Shown: positions 26,681 through 38,774 of the stretch, one piece after another
Position numbering within the stretch: the stretch's first letter is position 1
Layout of the letters: the number at the start of each line of letters is the position of its first letter
Origin: Negaprion brevirostris
Lineage: Eukaryota
Reading direction: 5' to 3'
NCBI GenBank assembly: GCA_030324005.1
Contig: JARDVH010000042.1
Span: forward strand, 42,079,129 to 42,143,128
Length of the DNA stretch: 64,000 bases
The notes under the pieces: model-generated
The model's input: only the letters and a program-made list of their open reading frames with translations
What the model was told of the DNA's origin: nothing
Database searches by the model: none
Position numbers and translations under genes: made by a program

Positions 26681-27865
26681 ATGGTTCCAGAATTATATCA
26701 TTTAATGTTCATATAGTAGACCACTGATTAACAATATTATCAAACGTGAACACGAGACTCAAAATTCTTGGGAATTGAGAGGACATCAGTGACAGCTATG
26801 CCTGAGAAACATTGGATTATGGCAGAATTCTGAGTGTCAAATTTATTAGGCTGGATGTTTCTCATTAACATTTGATTTGTTTGGCCAACATTCAGTTGAT
26901 CCGTATCGTGACAATTTACCATACCAGACAACAATCCCATGATATGAAGATGAGGTCGCTGTTTCTGACTATTAGTTATGATCTACACAATATTATCTGG
27001 AAGGGCCCTCCAGCATCATCATTGCAATCACATGCCGTTTATTGACTTTAATAATTTACCCTGCAGAAGCGGGAAGATTTACTGCAACAGCGATTAGTGC
27101 TTCCATCTGTCTCTCCATGAACACTTGAGGCCTGCTCAATAATTTAAAAATGCACATAAGATGTTTAACTCAGAGCTCGCTCGCATTGGGTGCCTTTTGA
27201 ATTTGCTCTGAAATGTCAGTGCTGGAATTGGCTGTGTTGCAAATCTGAATCAATTACTTGTTATAGTATTGTGGAGCCTTGCGGCACAGAAGGAAGCCAT
27301 TCAGCCCACTCTGCAGCTTCTGGCTCTTAGACAGAATCATCAAATTTGTCTTTCACCGCAGCCACACTTTTTCTGCACTTTGGATAGTTCTCTAATTCCA
27401 TTCTGGAAGAGTCCACTGTATCTGTGGCTTTTCCCTTGATTGGAAAGAGATTAAATTCACTTCAGGATCACACTTTTTACAATCTGAATGCCATAAGTTG
27501 AATGAGTAGAGTAAGATATTACCTCAACTGTTTCTGGGTTTGCGGGTGGGGGGAGATGAGAGGTGATCTGCAGCACTCCTGCCTGGAAAATTACTCAAAT
27601 CTTGAGGGCAACGTTCTAATTCCAACATAACTGTATGGTTCTTCTAAAAGTAGAAGGGTATAGCCATCAATTTATTAACCAGCTTAATTAACATTATTCA
27701 TTAGTTTTCTCAGCTTTTCCAAAGAATGCTTCATTATGGCTGCAACTCTGAACTACTCCACAGCCTCTGTAAATCTGCTATCATGTGAAAGATTCAAGTT
27801 CCAACAATAGCAAAGATCTTGCATAAAAGTCTGAGCTTTGTTAATTGTTCAGCTGCAGAATGCTC

Positions 27866-28185
27866 CATGACTGTGGCACAGTGGTTCACACTGCTGCCTC
27901 ACAGTGCCAGGGACCCAGGTTCAATTCCAGCCTCATGTCACTGTCTGTGTGAAGTTTGCATGTTCTCCCCATGTCTGTGTGGGTTTCCTCTGGGTGCTCC
28001 AGTTTCCTCCTATTGTCCAAAGATGTGCGGTTTAAGTTGATTGGTCATGCTAAATTGACCCTAGTGTCAGGAGGAGTATCAGGGTAAGTGAGGGTTACAG
28101 GAATAGGGCCTGTATGGGATTATGGTTGGTACAGATTTAATGGGCTGAATGGCCTCCTTCTGTACTGTAGGGATTCTATTCTGTG
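27866..28185 (+). mobile_element. HE1-type SINE
   Basis: Complete head, core and GGCCTCCTTCTGTACTGTAGGGATTCTA tail. Confidence 0.9.
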
Positions 28186-28193
28186 ATTTTATG

Positions 28194-28830
28194 AGGTGGA
28201 ATTTACAGACCATCTTCACCCATCCCCACTCTCATCCGCAATGGATTTGCAGGTGAGGGCATTAATGAAACGGCATGGATTGTGTGCCCATCAATTACCC
28301 CACTGCCCTTACTGCAATTTTGCCACCTACGCGTTCATTGAGATTCATAAGTGACCAAGTAATGTTCAGTTAAGGGTCTCACCCCACCACTGCTGGCGTG
28401 AGAGAAACCCATGTCAAACATCTAGTCATGGGGTGGGGGTTACCAATATTATAGCCTCCTGTTCCCAGCAGGTCTTCCCCTATACCAACCTGACTCACCA
28501 GCCCATTCCTTGTCTACCCTGCCCCCAACTCTTCTTACACCCCTTTCTGGTACCTGCAAGGCTGGCCTGGATGAAACCCCTGTCTGTCATTCATCCACAC
28601 ACACACACAGGCACACACAAACTTCCCCTGACCCTGACTCCAGCTCCTCGCCTTCAGGGACAGAATGCAATCCCAGCATTGACCACCATTGCCAATGCGC
28701 TGCAGGGACTGGAGAGCTGTTGGTTGTTTGATTGGACTGGGCAGCCTTCCTATCTTAATGTGGGTGGATGTGGATTAGCTAGACCAGATGCTGGTCAGCA
28801 ATGATCAACCAAGGAACCCTACTGAACCCT
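28194..28830. mobile_element. Decayed non-autonomous DNA transposon
   Basis: Starts GGTGGAATTTAC (TIR-like); shares TTAAGGGT and TGATTGG motifs with the elements at 85-431 and 7897-8576. Confidence 0.4.
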
Positions 28831-28909
28831 ACTGCAGTATGAAATGTTGCCATCAGAAGAAAGAGACACAAGTATTATTAATAGTTTAGGTGCATCATTG
28901 TATTAATGG

Positions 28910-29232
28910 TCAGGTGTATTGACCTGAACAGGTGCCAGAGTGTGGTGAATAGGAGAATTTCACAGTAACATCATTGCAGTATTAATGTAAGCCTTATTTG
29001 TCTATAATAAATAAATTTTAAGAACTTTATTCAATTTAATTAAGCAGAATATTAGTGTAATTTAGAGAAAGTCTGAAAGACATGCTGGTTAGGTGCATTG
29101 GTCATGCTAAATTCTCCCTCAGTGTACCCGGACAGGCGTCGGTGTGTGGCGACTCGGGAATTTTCACAGTAACATCATTGCAGTGTTAATATCAGCCGAC
29201 TTGTGACACTAATAAATGAACTTTAAACTTTG
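28910..29232 (+). mobile_element. Two tandem 5'-truncated alternative-tail SINE fragments
   Basis: TTCACAGTAACATCATTGCAGT..AATAAAT..TTT tail at about 28910-29020 and about 29070-29232. Confidence 0.8.
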
Positions 29233-29258
29233 AAAGGTAATGTCAAGTAAATCATATT

Positions 29259-29351
29259 GGCCGGGATTTTCTGGTCATTTATGTCCCGCTGCTGCTGCAA
29301 GCGAGAATGGACAATTTAGTGCTTCAGCTAAATAGTCAGAAAATTCCACCC
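29259..29351. mobile_element. MITE (internally deleted)
   Basis: TIRs GGCCGGGATTTTCTG / CAGAAAATTCCACCC; ATT on both flanks. Confidence 0.7.
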
Positions 29352-30356
29352 ATTATCTTCTATATATTAATTTATAAGAAGGGGTGACTAATTTAGTCAC
29401 AATAAACAGAAGATAATGCAATGCTCTTGCACCAGGAAAAAAATGCATCCGATGTGACAATTTATTCTGAATTGATGCAATTATAAATACAATGATCAGG
29501 TTAGAGTTTTTAAATTTATTCATTATTCTCCCGTGTACCTTTATAAGTCTTTTGCAATCCTCCACCACTTTGGCCTTATATTGTTTCAGGTTGTGCAAGG
29601 TAGAGAATTTCCTTGCATAATACTATGATTCATCCGGAGAGGTTTAAAGCCGCTACCAATATCTTCTTCTTCAGATTGTAATGAATATCGTGTTTTCATT
29701 TCCTTGACTAACCTTGAGAGAAGTGGTTGAGTCATCGGTCCATCTCTTGTACAAGCAAGGGATGACCCCTAGCTTACTCCATTATACCTGCACTTGATTT
29801 TTTGACCAGCACAATCTACCCTTTGGAATGGGGGAGATTCACTGGGAGCTAATTACAGTTGCGTTAAATTACATTTGACAACTGCAATTGTGGACTGAGC
29901 CTAGCAAAGCTTTGTATTGTAAATTAGAAAACAGCTTAACCTGCATCACTTGCAAGTTGAAACACCTCTTGCATTGCTACGCTGTTCTACATACCTAACC
30001 TTGAAGACTGCTCAGAGCTGTCAGTAGGGGCAAAGTGAAAAATGATCCCTGCACTAACACGTCACCTCTTACCTTGATGCAAACACAAAGAGACAAAAGG
30101 CTCTGGGCTCAATCCATTAACTTTGTTACAGAATCACTCAATGCACAACATTTATCACAAATGAGAACTGAATAACCAATAAATGGACCCATAACCTTAT
30201 GATAGTAATGTGTTTTTCAATTCTTCTTTATTTTTAACATTTAAGAATTATCCAAACGTTACCATCCTGTGTTCTGCATACACAAATATCCAGCAACATG
30301 TTTGCTTAAATGTGTGCAAGGAGATAAAGGCAGGAGCATGAAGTCACAATGCTCAT

Positions 30357-30400
30357 TCATAAGAACATAAGAACATAAGAAATGGGAGCAGGAGTAGGCC
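30357..30400 (-). mobile_element. CR1 tail running into a gap
   Basis: (CATAAGAA)3 then GGAGCAGGAGTAGGCC. Confidence 0.8.
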
Positions 30401-30500
30401 NNNNNNNNNNNNNNNNNNNNNNNNNNNNNNNNNNNNNNNNNNNNNNNNNNNNNNNNNNNNNNNNNNNNNNNNNNNNNNNNNNNNNNNNNNNNNNNNNNNN

Positions 30501-30610
30501 CAGGGGTCGTGGGTAGAGAGGTGGACTGGTGGCGTTGAGATGGCGGCGCGGGCTCGTTGGGCCGAAGGGCCTGTTTCCCGGGCTGATTTTGTTCTTTTGT
30601 TCTTTGTTCT
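30501..30610 (+). mobile_element. Young CR1 3' end (copy 2)
   Basis: Nearly identical to 25728-25830; begins exactly at the end of a 100-N gap. Confidence 0.8.
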
Positions 30611-31350
30611 AAACTCTGAGAGGTATAAGCTCAACTTGTTCAATTTTTATCATAAGATAAACCGTTCATCCCAGGAATGAGTCAAGTGAATGTTTTTTTA
30701 TTAGTGTCACATATAAGCTTATATGAACACTGGAATGAAGTTACTGTGAAAATCCCTTAATTGCTACACTCTAGCGCCTGTTCAGTTACACTGAGAGAGA
30801 ATTTAGGATGACAATGCACCTGACCAGCTTATCTTTCTGACTATGCAAAGAAACCAGAGCACTAGAGGATACCCACGCAGACATGGGGAGAACATGCAAA
30901 TTCCACACAGCCAGTGACCCAAGCTGTGAATCGAACCCAGGTCCCTCGCACTGTGAGGTAGCAGTGCTAACCGATGTGCCACTGTCTTTTGAACTGCTTC
31001 CAATGCATGATGTCAAATAATGAGACAAAAACTGCACGTAGTATTCCAGATGTATCTCACCAAGGCCATATTTAGCTGCAGTAAAACTTCCCTACCTTTA
31101 AAGTTCATCCCCATACAATAAACATCGACATTCTATTTGCCTTCTGAATCACTTGCTATACCTGCATACTAATATTTTTTGAATCATGTTCAAGGACACC
31201 CAAATCTCTCTGTACTACCAAGTTCTGCAAGCTCCCTCTATTTAAATAATACGCTGTTTTTATATTCTCTCTGTCAAAGTGGACACGTTGTCCTATATTA
31301 TGTTTCATCTGCCAAAGTTTTGTCTTCTCATTTTACCCTTTTTGATACTT
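30608..31350 (-). mobile_element. Old CR1 ORF2 fragment (right half), with a SINE nested at 30693-30982
   Basis: TCTAAACTC..CATCCCAGGAATGAG..GTGAA / GAACTGCTTCCAATGCA..AAAACTGCACGTAGTATTCCAGATG. Confidence 0.75.
30693..30982 (-). mobile_element. HE1-head SINE, alternative tail
   Basis: TTATTAGTGTCAC..ATGAAGTTACTGTGAAAATCCC at left, tRNA head (GAATCGAACCCAGGTCCC) at right. Confidence 0.88.
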
Positions 31351-32361
31351 TTGCAGATTATCTACCGCTTCTTAACAACTTATTTTCCTATTTATCACAG
31401 GGACAGATTTTCTATGGCAACCAGGTAGAACAGGGTAAAGCAGTTGGTGAGATTACAGGGAGATCTGAATGGTGATTGGGGTGGGGGAGAAGTTGGTGGT
31501 CATCAGAGGGTTGATAGTCAGAGGGTTGGATGATGGCTAGAGGAATAAGTAAGATGGTGATCAAGGGAAAGCAGTTGGTGGCCAGTTGGGTCCAGTGGTG
31601 GTTGGGTTGAACAAATACATCACAGAGGTGTTTACAGGGTAGTTTATTGGACCAGGAGAAAAGGTTCCTGCTCCTCCTGGCCCTAAAGCAATGTTAAAAG
31701 GGTATTCACCTCATGGAAACAGTTTCTATTGCCTCCCTTAAGATAATTATGTTTCTGAGGTCTGAGAATCCCACTGCTTGCTTTCAAAAAATGAAATCCC
31801 TATTAGAATGAAAAAGCAGCCTCATTATNNNNNNNNNNNNNNNNNNNNNNNNNNNNNNNNNNNNNNNNNTCTCATCCCACCAGGGATGGGTGGATTGGGT
31901 TCATGTTCCAGGTTTTGTTTATTTTAACCTTGGACATTGCCCCAACCCATCCATTTTTGGCAATGAAAATACAAAGTTTATCATGTCCTCTATCCCAAAT
32001 CTATTACATTTAATCCTGTACTGACAATCTTCCACCACCACCTCCCCCCCCCCCAACCCCCGCCACCTTGGATAAAGCTAGCTTTCTTCTACCCTGTCCC
32101 ATCCTTTCCTGATCTAAAAAAATTATATTTGCCCACAAGTTGCAGTGTAAGTGAAGAAAATAACTATGTTTGTTTTTACATAACTGCCTTTTAAAACTGC
32201 AGAGTGCCATTATTGATCAAATTCCCAACAATTTCTGCATCTAGCAGGACATCAAGTTAGATGCATCAAATCAGGGCTTTATTGTTCAAGGAAGTTACCA
32301 ATTTCTAATAATGTCAGAAATAGCTCCCAACTTTGCTGTCGTACAATGAAGACATATCAAC

Positions 32362-33020
32362 AGCACCATTTTGGAGAGCGGCATCATCAGAACAGATGCG
32401 ATGGAGGCAAAGGAACTGAGAGAATAGGGTTAAGTCCTTCCAGGATGTGGGGTGTGAAGAGCTGTAATGAAGGTAGCTGTAGGAGTCAATGGCTTGTAAT
32501 GGATATTAGTGGACAGTTTATCACAGAAATGGGGAGAGAGGGGTCAAGGGAGGGAAGAGAGGCATCAGAGATACCAAGTGAAGGTCATTGAGGAGTGGAA
32601 ATTGAAAGCAAAATTGATAAACTTTTTGAAGTCCAGCCGAGAGCACGAAGCAGCACCAAAATAGTTATTGATATATAAATATATCAGGGCAGCACAATGG
32701 CACAGTGGTCAGCACTGCTCCTCACAGCACCAGGGACCTGGGTTCAATTCCCAGCGTTTGTCACTGTCTATGGAGTTGCACATTCTCCCCATGTCTAAGT
32801 GGGTTTCCTCAGGGTGTTCCAGTTTCCTCCCACATTCCAAAGATGTGCAGGTTAAGTGGATTAGCCATGCTAAATTGCCCTTAGTGACAGGGGGACTATC
32901 TAGGGTAAATGCATGGGGTTATGGAAATAGGGCCTACGGGGGATTGTGATCAGTACAGACTTGATGGGCCAAATGGCATCTTTGTGCACTGTAGGATTCT
33001 ATACCAGTAAAAGAATAGCT
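32362..33020 (-). mobile_element. Inverted 5' portion of a Penelope copy (RT C-terminal half), split by an HE1 SINE
   Basis: Minus-strand LFFYW-YINNYFGAASCSRLDFKKFINFAFNFHSS (decayed YIDD region) through SDDAALQNGA. Confidence 0.8.
32687..33001 (+). mobile_element. HE1-type SINE
   Basis: Full head, core and tail; inserted in the Penelope YIDD region. Confidence 0.9.
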
Positions 33021-33027
33021 GTGGCTG

Positions 33028-33763
33028 TTCCAATGATGCCACTTTCCAAAATGGCACTACTGATGTGTCTTCCTCCTTCCTCAATCATGATTTTCCACCC
33101 ACTGTGGTTGACAGAGCTCTATACCTTAGTTCAGCCATGTCTGATCCAACTCCCGTGCCACTGCTCTCACCCCCTCCTCCCTCCCAGAACCAGGATAGGG
33201 TCCCCCTTGTCCTCACTTTTCACCCCACCAGCTTCCGCATTCAAAGGATCATCCTCCGCCAACTCCAGCAAGATGCCACTAGCAAAAACATCTTGCCCTC
33301 ACTGTTCGTTCCAAGACACTCTGGTCCACCGCTCCATCACACCCAATAGCTCACCCTTGGCACCTTCCCATGTAATCACAGACGATGCAACACTGGTCCC
33401 TTTACCTCCTTCCTGCTCACCATCCTAGGGCCCAAACACTCCTTTTGGGTGAAGCAGCACTTCACATGCACCTCCTTCAATCTGGTCTATTGCATCCACT
33501 GCTCCCAGTGTGGTCTATTCTATGTTGGAGAGACCAAGCGCAGACTGGGTGACCTTCAGTCCGACAATAAGCAGGACCCAGACCCACCTTGTCACTGGCA
33601 TTTCAACACACCAACCTGCTCTCCTATCCACACACCTATCTTTAGCCTTTTGCAATGTTCCAGTGAAGCCCAGCACAAACTGAAAGAACAGCACCTCATC
33701 TTCTGTTTGAGCACTTTACAGCCTTCTGGACTTAACATTGAGTTCAACAACTTCAGAACATGA
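33028..33763 (+). pseudogene. Penelope-like element linker plus GIY-YIG endonuclease (frameshifted)
   Basis: FPPTVVDRAL..QNQDRVPLVLTFHPTSFRIQRII; FTCTSFNLVYCIHCSQCGLFYVGETKRRLGD..HFN..KLKEQHLIFCLSTLQPSGLNIEF. Confidence 0.93.
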
Positions 33764-34305
33764 ACTCTCCGCCACCTCTACGTTTATGTTATTTTATTTC
33801 ATTTATTTTTATCTTATTCACCCATTTTTATTGCTTTATATTCTTCTTCTTATTTTAAACTTCATTTCTTCCATCAGTTCATTTGTCAACTTCTGAAACC
33901 TTGCTTTCCATCTTGTTCATCCTCCCCCTCCCCCAGCTTACTCGGGCCATCTGCCACATGCCTCAGGTTGTCCTTTGACACTCTATACCTTAGCTCTGCC
34001 CTTTATACATTCCAGTCTCTTAATTGACACTCTTAGCACCATTCTCAGCCTTTATCACAACCACATACGTTCCCTTTGTCTTTTTGTCTATGGCATCTTG
34101 GTCAATCATGCAAATCCCCCATCACCTCACCCTTACATTATGAATCTCATTCTATTTTCTTTGTCTTCAGCTCTGACGAAGAATAATCCAGACTCAAAAT
34201 GTTAGTTCTATTCTCTCTCCACAGATGCTGTGAGTCCTGCTGAAACTTTCCAGCATTTTCTGTTTTTGTTTCAGATTTCAGCATCCACATTATTTTGCTT
34301 TTATC
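33764..34305 (+). mobile_element. Penelope 3' UTR and pseudo-LTR with hammerhead remnant
   Basis: Pyrimidine-rich UTR, then CTGACGA(34173)..GACTC-AAAATGTTAG and TCTCTCCACAGATGCTG..TTTCCAGCATTTTCTGTTTT. Confidence 0.8.
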
Positions 34306-35439
34306 TCAGGGTAAGAGTGTTTGGTATAGCAGGGTTAATCTGGGACTGGAGAACAGTACCACCCACAGTGCGATGTAGAGAGACACATGCCATGAGACAT
34401 GATCAAGAGTTTATGGAGAGAGTCAAGGACAAGTCAATATGGAGTTAGCTCATAGCTTGGGCAATACTCTGAACAAATGTCAATAATTATGTTTCACCAA
34501 TGGACACTATTGTTCAACCTTACAATCTGTTGAGCCTCTTAGTGAGACTTTGTGAACAAATTCTTGCAACAAAAAGTAATGAGGCTCAGTAGGTTGTGTA
34601 TGTGGGCAGGAGATAGGGGAAGGTCAATTGTAGAAGGACACATTTCATTTTCAATCAATTATCCGAGGTAACCAGCCCAACTATTGTGATGTTCCGAGGT
34701 CTTGATCCAATTGCAGCAAAAAAGGAATGTCAGGAGTAGACTGTTTATGTTCTATTTAATATAAAAATTGATCCTCCGATCAACATGGTTCACTCCAAGT
34801 TCTTTCATTCTGGTTCTTCCTGAATTCCATGCGTGCACACTACCATTTGCTGGCCAGTCTGCGGAAAATAATAAGTCATGTGTCTTTCACAAAAGCACAA
34901 CTTCTAATTTCCTTGCAGTGATCATGGTTATATCTGAATACATATTGAAGTCGGTGGTGGTAACAAACTGCATTTATTTTCAGACCCTCTGGAGCATTCT
35001 ATCAAATTATAACCAAGGTAATACAAGAGGAGAATAATAGCTACAATGTGCTAACTCCCATCAGGGGGGCACCTAGTGTATTCAGTTAACAATGTGCCAA
35101 TGTCATTCATATCAATCACTGCTGTGTTCAAAACAATTCAGAATTTTCTTAAACTCATGGTTTGATATTGCACTTACCTCTCAAAATCACTGAAACATTA
35201 CAATGCAAAACAAGCCATTCAGTCTACCAAGTCTGTACTGGTGCTCTTAAAAAGCATTCTATGTATTTCCACTCCCCTGCCTTGTCCCAGTAACCTTGTA
35301 CATTCTTTCCTTTTAATTAGCCATTGATTCTCTTTTGAATACCCTGCCTTCTTCTCAGGAAGTTTGTTCCAGAATCCAACCACTCTCTGGGCAAAAACAA
35401 AATCTCCACGATACTTTCACTTATTTTACCAATTATTTT

Positions 35440-35906
35440 GAAACAGAGAACTGTGAGATGCTGCATTTTGATAGGCTAAAAATGCAAGAAATACACCATG
35501 AACAGAAGGACACTAGAAAGTACAGAGGACCAGAGAGATCTTGGGGTGCATATCCAAAGATTCCAGAAGGCAGCAGGGCAGGTGGATAAGGGGTTAAGAA
35601 GGCATATGGGATACTTGTCTTTATTAGCTGAGGCATAGAATATAAGTGCAGAGAAGTTATGATGGAGCTGCATAAAACACTGTTAGGCTACAGCTGGAGT
35701 ACTGTGTGCAGTTCTGATCATCACACTATAGAAAATTGCATGAGAAAGAGTGCAGCGATTCACCAGGATGTTGCCTGGGCTGGAGCGTTTCAGCTATTAA
35801 GAGAGGATGGTTAGGCTGGGGTTTTTTTTCTGAGAGCAGAGAAAGCTAAGGGGGGGACATGATTGAGCTGTACAAAATTATGAGGGACATCGATAGGGTA
35901 GATAGG
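35440..35906 (+). mobile_element. CR1 ORF2 C-terminal fragment
   Basis: CEMLHFDR.., AAGAAGGCATATGGGATACTTG, CAGCTGGAGTACTGTGTGCAGTTCTG, GATAGGGTAGATAGG. Confidence 0.88.
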
Positions 35907-36003
35907 GTGGAGTGCAGACTCCTAGTAGACAGTGACCTAAGTCGGGCATCAAACACGGATCTCTGGCACTGTGAGGCAGCAGCGCTAACCACAGTGCCAC
36001 CAT
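35907..36003 (-). mobile_element. HE1 SINE head fragment
   Basis: CTGGCACTGTGAGGCAGCAGCGCTAACCACAGTGCCACC. Confidence 0.8.
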
Positions 36004-37818
36004 AGCTTTCTAATATTAATATTAATTACATGATTTCTATGACATTAGTGAGTCCCGGAGGTTATTGTCCAGTTTCACTTGCACTTACCTGCTCATTGGT
36101 CAAGCTTCTCACCAGTGAGAAACATAGAAGGTCTCCATCATCGGCCATGAGGGGTTGGAGGTCAATGAAGCCTCGGGTGGTCAGGGTCAGGACTGGGCAA
36201 TGTCCATGGGGCAGTGCCAGCTTGACATTGCCCATCTGACACCCTGACAGTGCCCACCACGCACCGTGACACTTCAAACTGGGCACTCTGGCACTGCCCA
36301 CTGGGCACTACACTGTTCTAGGGGCAGTGCCAAGGGGTGGGGCCAAAATGGAAGTGGGGGGCTATGACGGGGGGGTGGGGTGTGAAGAAGAGTTCTGCAG
36401 TGGTGGTGATCGGTGGGAGTAACCTCCAGGGGTGATAATGGGGGAAGGGGGCAAACTCTGACAGGATGGTGATCAGGAAGGGAAATAACCAACTTAGGCA
36501 TCCTTTACAAAATGTGAGGCTGTTCCTTCACTGGCTGTATATTTTAACCATTGCACCAGTATTCCCTGTCCCTCTCTCCCAATAGTGGTAAAGCTACCAG
36601 GGCCAATGTTTCTACTTCAGTCATGCCTTGGAATTGAGAGCTCTGAGGAACCGAATGACAGTGGGTTCGCCATGAACACGCATTAGTGTGTTCCAGCCAC
36701 ACCATCCACCAATAGGACGTAAATCATGGACCTATATGACCTGATGCGTATCACATGGTGCTGCTCATTGTTCAAACTTTTACACAATCTATTATCACAT
36801 TTAAGATGCCAATCATTAATATGTTCAATTTTATATAATTTTAATTTTAAAAAAATTTTTTAATCTATAAATATAACTCAGGTAACTATCTCACCTGTAT
36901 TTTAACACATGAATGTTTTTGGTCTTGGTGTGATTACTTTCACACTTTGCTTATGTCAATGAACAGCTACCTGATTATATTACCATTTGTACAATGATTT
37001 TTTACTAACCCCTGCATTATAGCAATTAAGATTGTGAACATTAGTCATTAGTATAATTGCCAACATGAAAAATTAGCAATGACCTTTCCGGAAACTCTCT
37101 AGTCTCTTTTATAACCTAATCATCTAATTTGCATTATAGATAAGCTTTACCTGTCCTGTTATTTTTTACCTTGAGCACAGCCATTGTATTTTATTGAATT
37201 TAATATATTTAGATTCACTTTTACGTGTTTCTAACAAACATGTCTCATAAATAATATGTATCCTGCAAATTAACACTTGGAAATCTAGCATTATGAAAGT
37301 AATAGTTTCTTAGATATAAATATTCTTTGGCGATGCTTTCAATTTAGGTCAATGTAACTGATGTATTAAGAATGACCTTCTGCTTTTCTTTGCTGTAGTT
37401 TAAATAAGCTACATGTAAACTAGATATCTTCGTAGCACACAGGCCGGAACCATCAGACTTCGGTGAGGTAATGAAGTGGATTATAATTCTAGCCCCAGAT
37501 ATAAACTAGCCTGGATAGAGAGCACTCCTCAACAATCACTCTCATCTAAGCTCAAGGCAGCAACTTCACACATGCTTTTTTTTGGGTGAGGGGGTGAGAA
37601 AGTGAACAACATATCCCCCAAGGAAAATGATTCTCAAGAAGTCTCATCTTTTCCCAGATGGCCTGTTAAATAATTTGTTGGCCAAGATATGACTACCTGG
37701 ATAATATAAGGATTCGAGGGTCTCTTTTCAAAAATTGTATCTTTCCATTTTTGGAAAATCCAGGAGAAGTGGGTTTTTATTACACTGCATGCAGAAGACT
37801 ACAAGAGATGTTCTACTT

Positions 37819-38128
37819 CATAGAAAGAGACCATCTGACCCATTGAATCTGCACCAACCAGACTCTATCCCCATATCCCTACACATTTACCTGCTAATCC
37901 CTCTAATTTATGCATCTCAGGACATCAAGGGGCAATTTTAGCGTGGCCAATCAACCTAACCTGCACATCTTTGAACTGTGGGAGGAAACCAAAGCACCCA
38001 GAGGAAACCCACACAGACACGAGGGGCAGATGCAAACTCCACACAGACGGTGACCCAAGCCGGGAATCAAACCCAGGTCCTTGGAGCTGTGAAGCAGCAG
38101 TGCTAACCACTGTGCTATCATGCCACCC
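37819..38128 (-). mobile_element. HE1-type SINE
   Basis: Full head, core and tail on the minus strand. Confidence 0.9.
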
Positions 38129-38774
38129 CCTTTACCAACTTCTTTACAAGTTTATTACAGAACCATGCAACATGCAATATGCTTTAAAGTGCATCACAAT
38201 GTTAATGACAATAAAAGATAAAAACTTAGGGGGTGATCTTACCATTGCACTCCATCAGTCAATGGGTGAGGTGAGCTGGTAAGGTAGAGCTGAGAAATCA
38301 GGTTTGTGCCCAATATATCGCCTCTCGCGATCTGACCGGCACCGGACATCCAGTATGATCAAACCACTTTTGGTGATCACATAAGAGAGGTTAAATGTAG
38401 AAATTGGAAATCACAGTCTGAATTGTGCCGCTCTTCCAGAAGGTGTGCTACAACATAATCTCACCGTGAGCGTTGACCCATTGATCATCACCCCATTCAA
38501 TAATAAATCTAGAACACGGATACATGGAAAGGCTTAAAGTTTTCATAGTTATAAAATAGATACCTTGAAGCACCAAAAAAATCATGTTTAACCTTTCCTA
38601 TCTATCTGTATTTTTAATTGCATGATAAATATTGGTTTTAGCTAAACTTTTTATTTGTGAAAGACTTTATTCTTTAGTGCTTGTGCATGATTTTGGAGAT
38701 GACTTTAGAGGTAACTTTTTCACATTGGAGGTTTGTATGTCTGATCTTCAGTTTGGAGCTATGATCTATCAGGT

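Noticed and set aside
33449-33763. GIY-YIG ORF as a functional or domesticated nuclease gene
   Set aside because: Upstream frameshifts, an apparent internal deletion after RRLGD, and a decayed RT (YINN) indicate a dead Penelope copy
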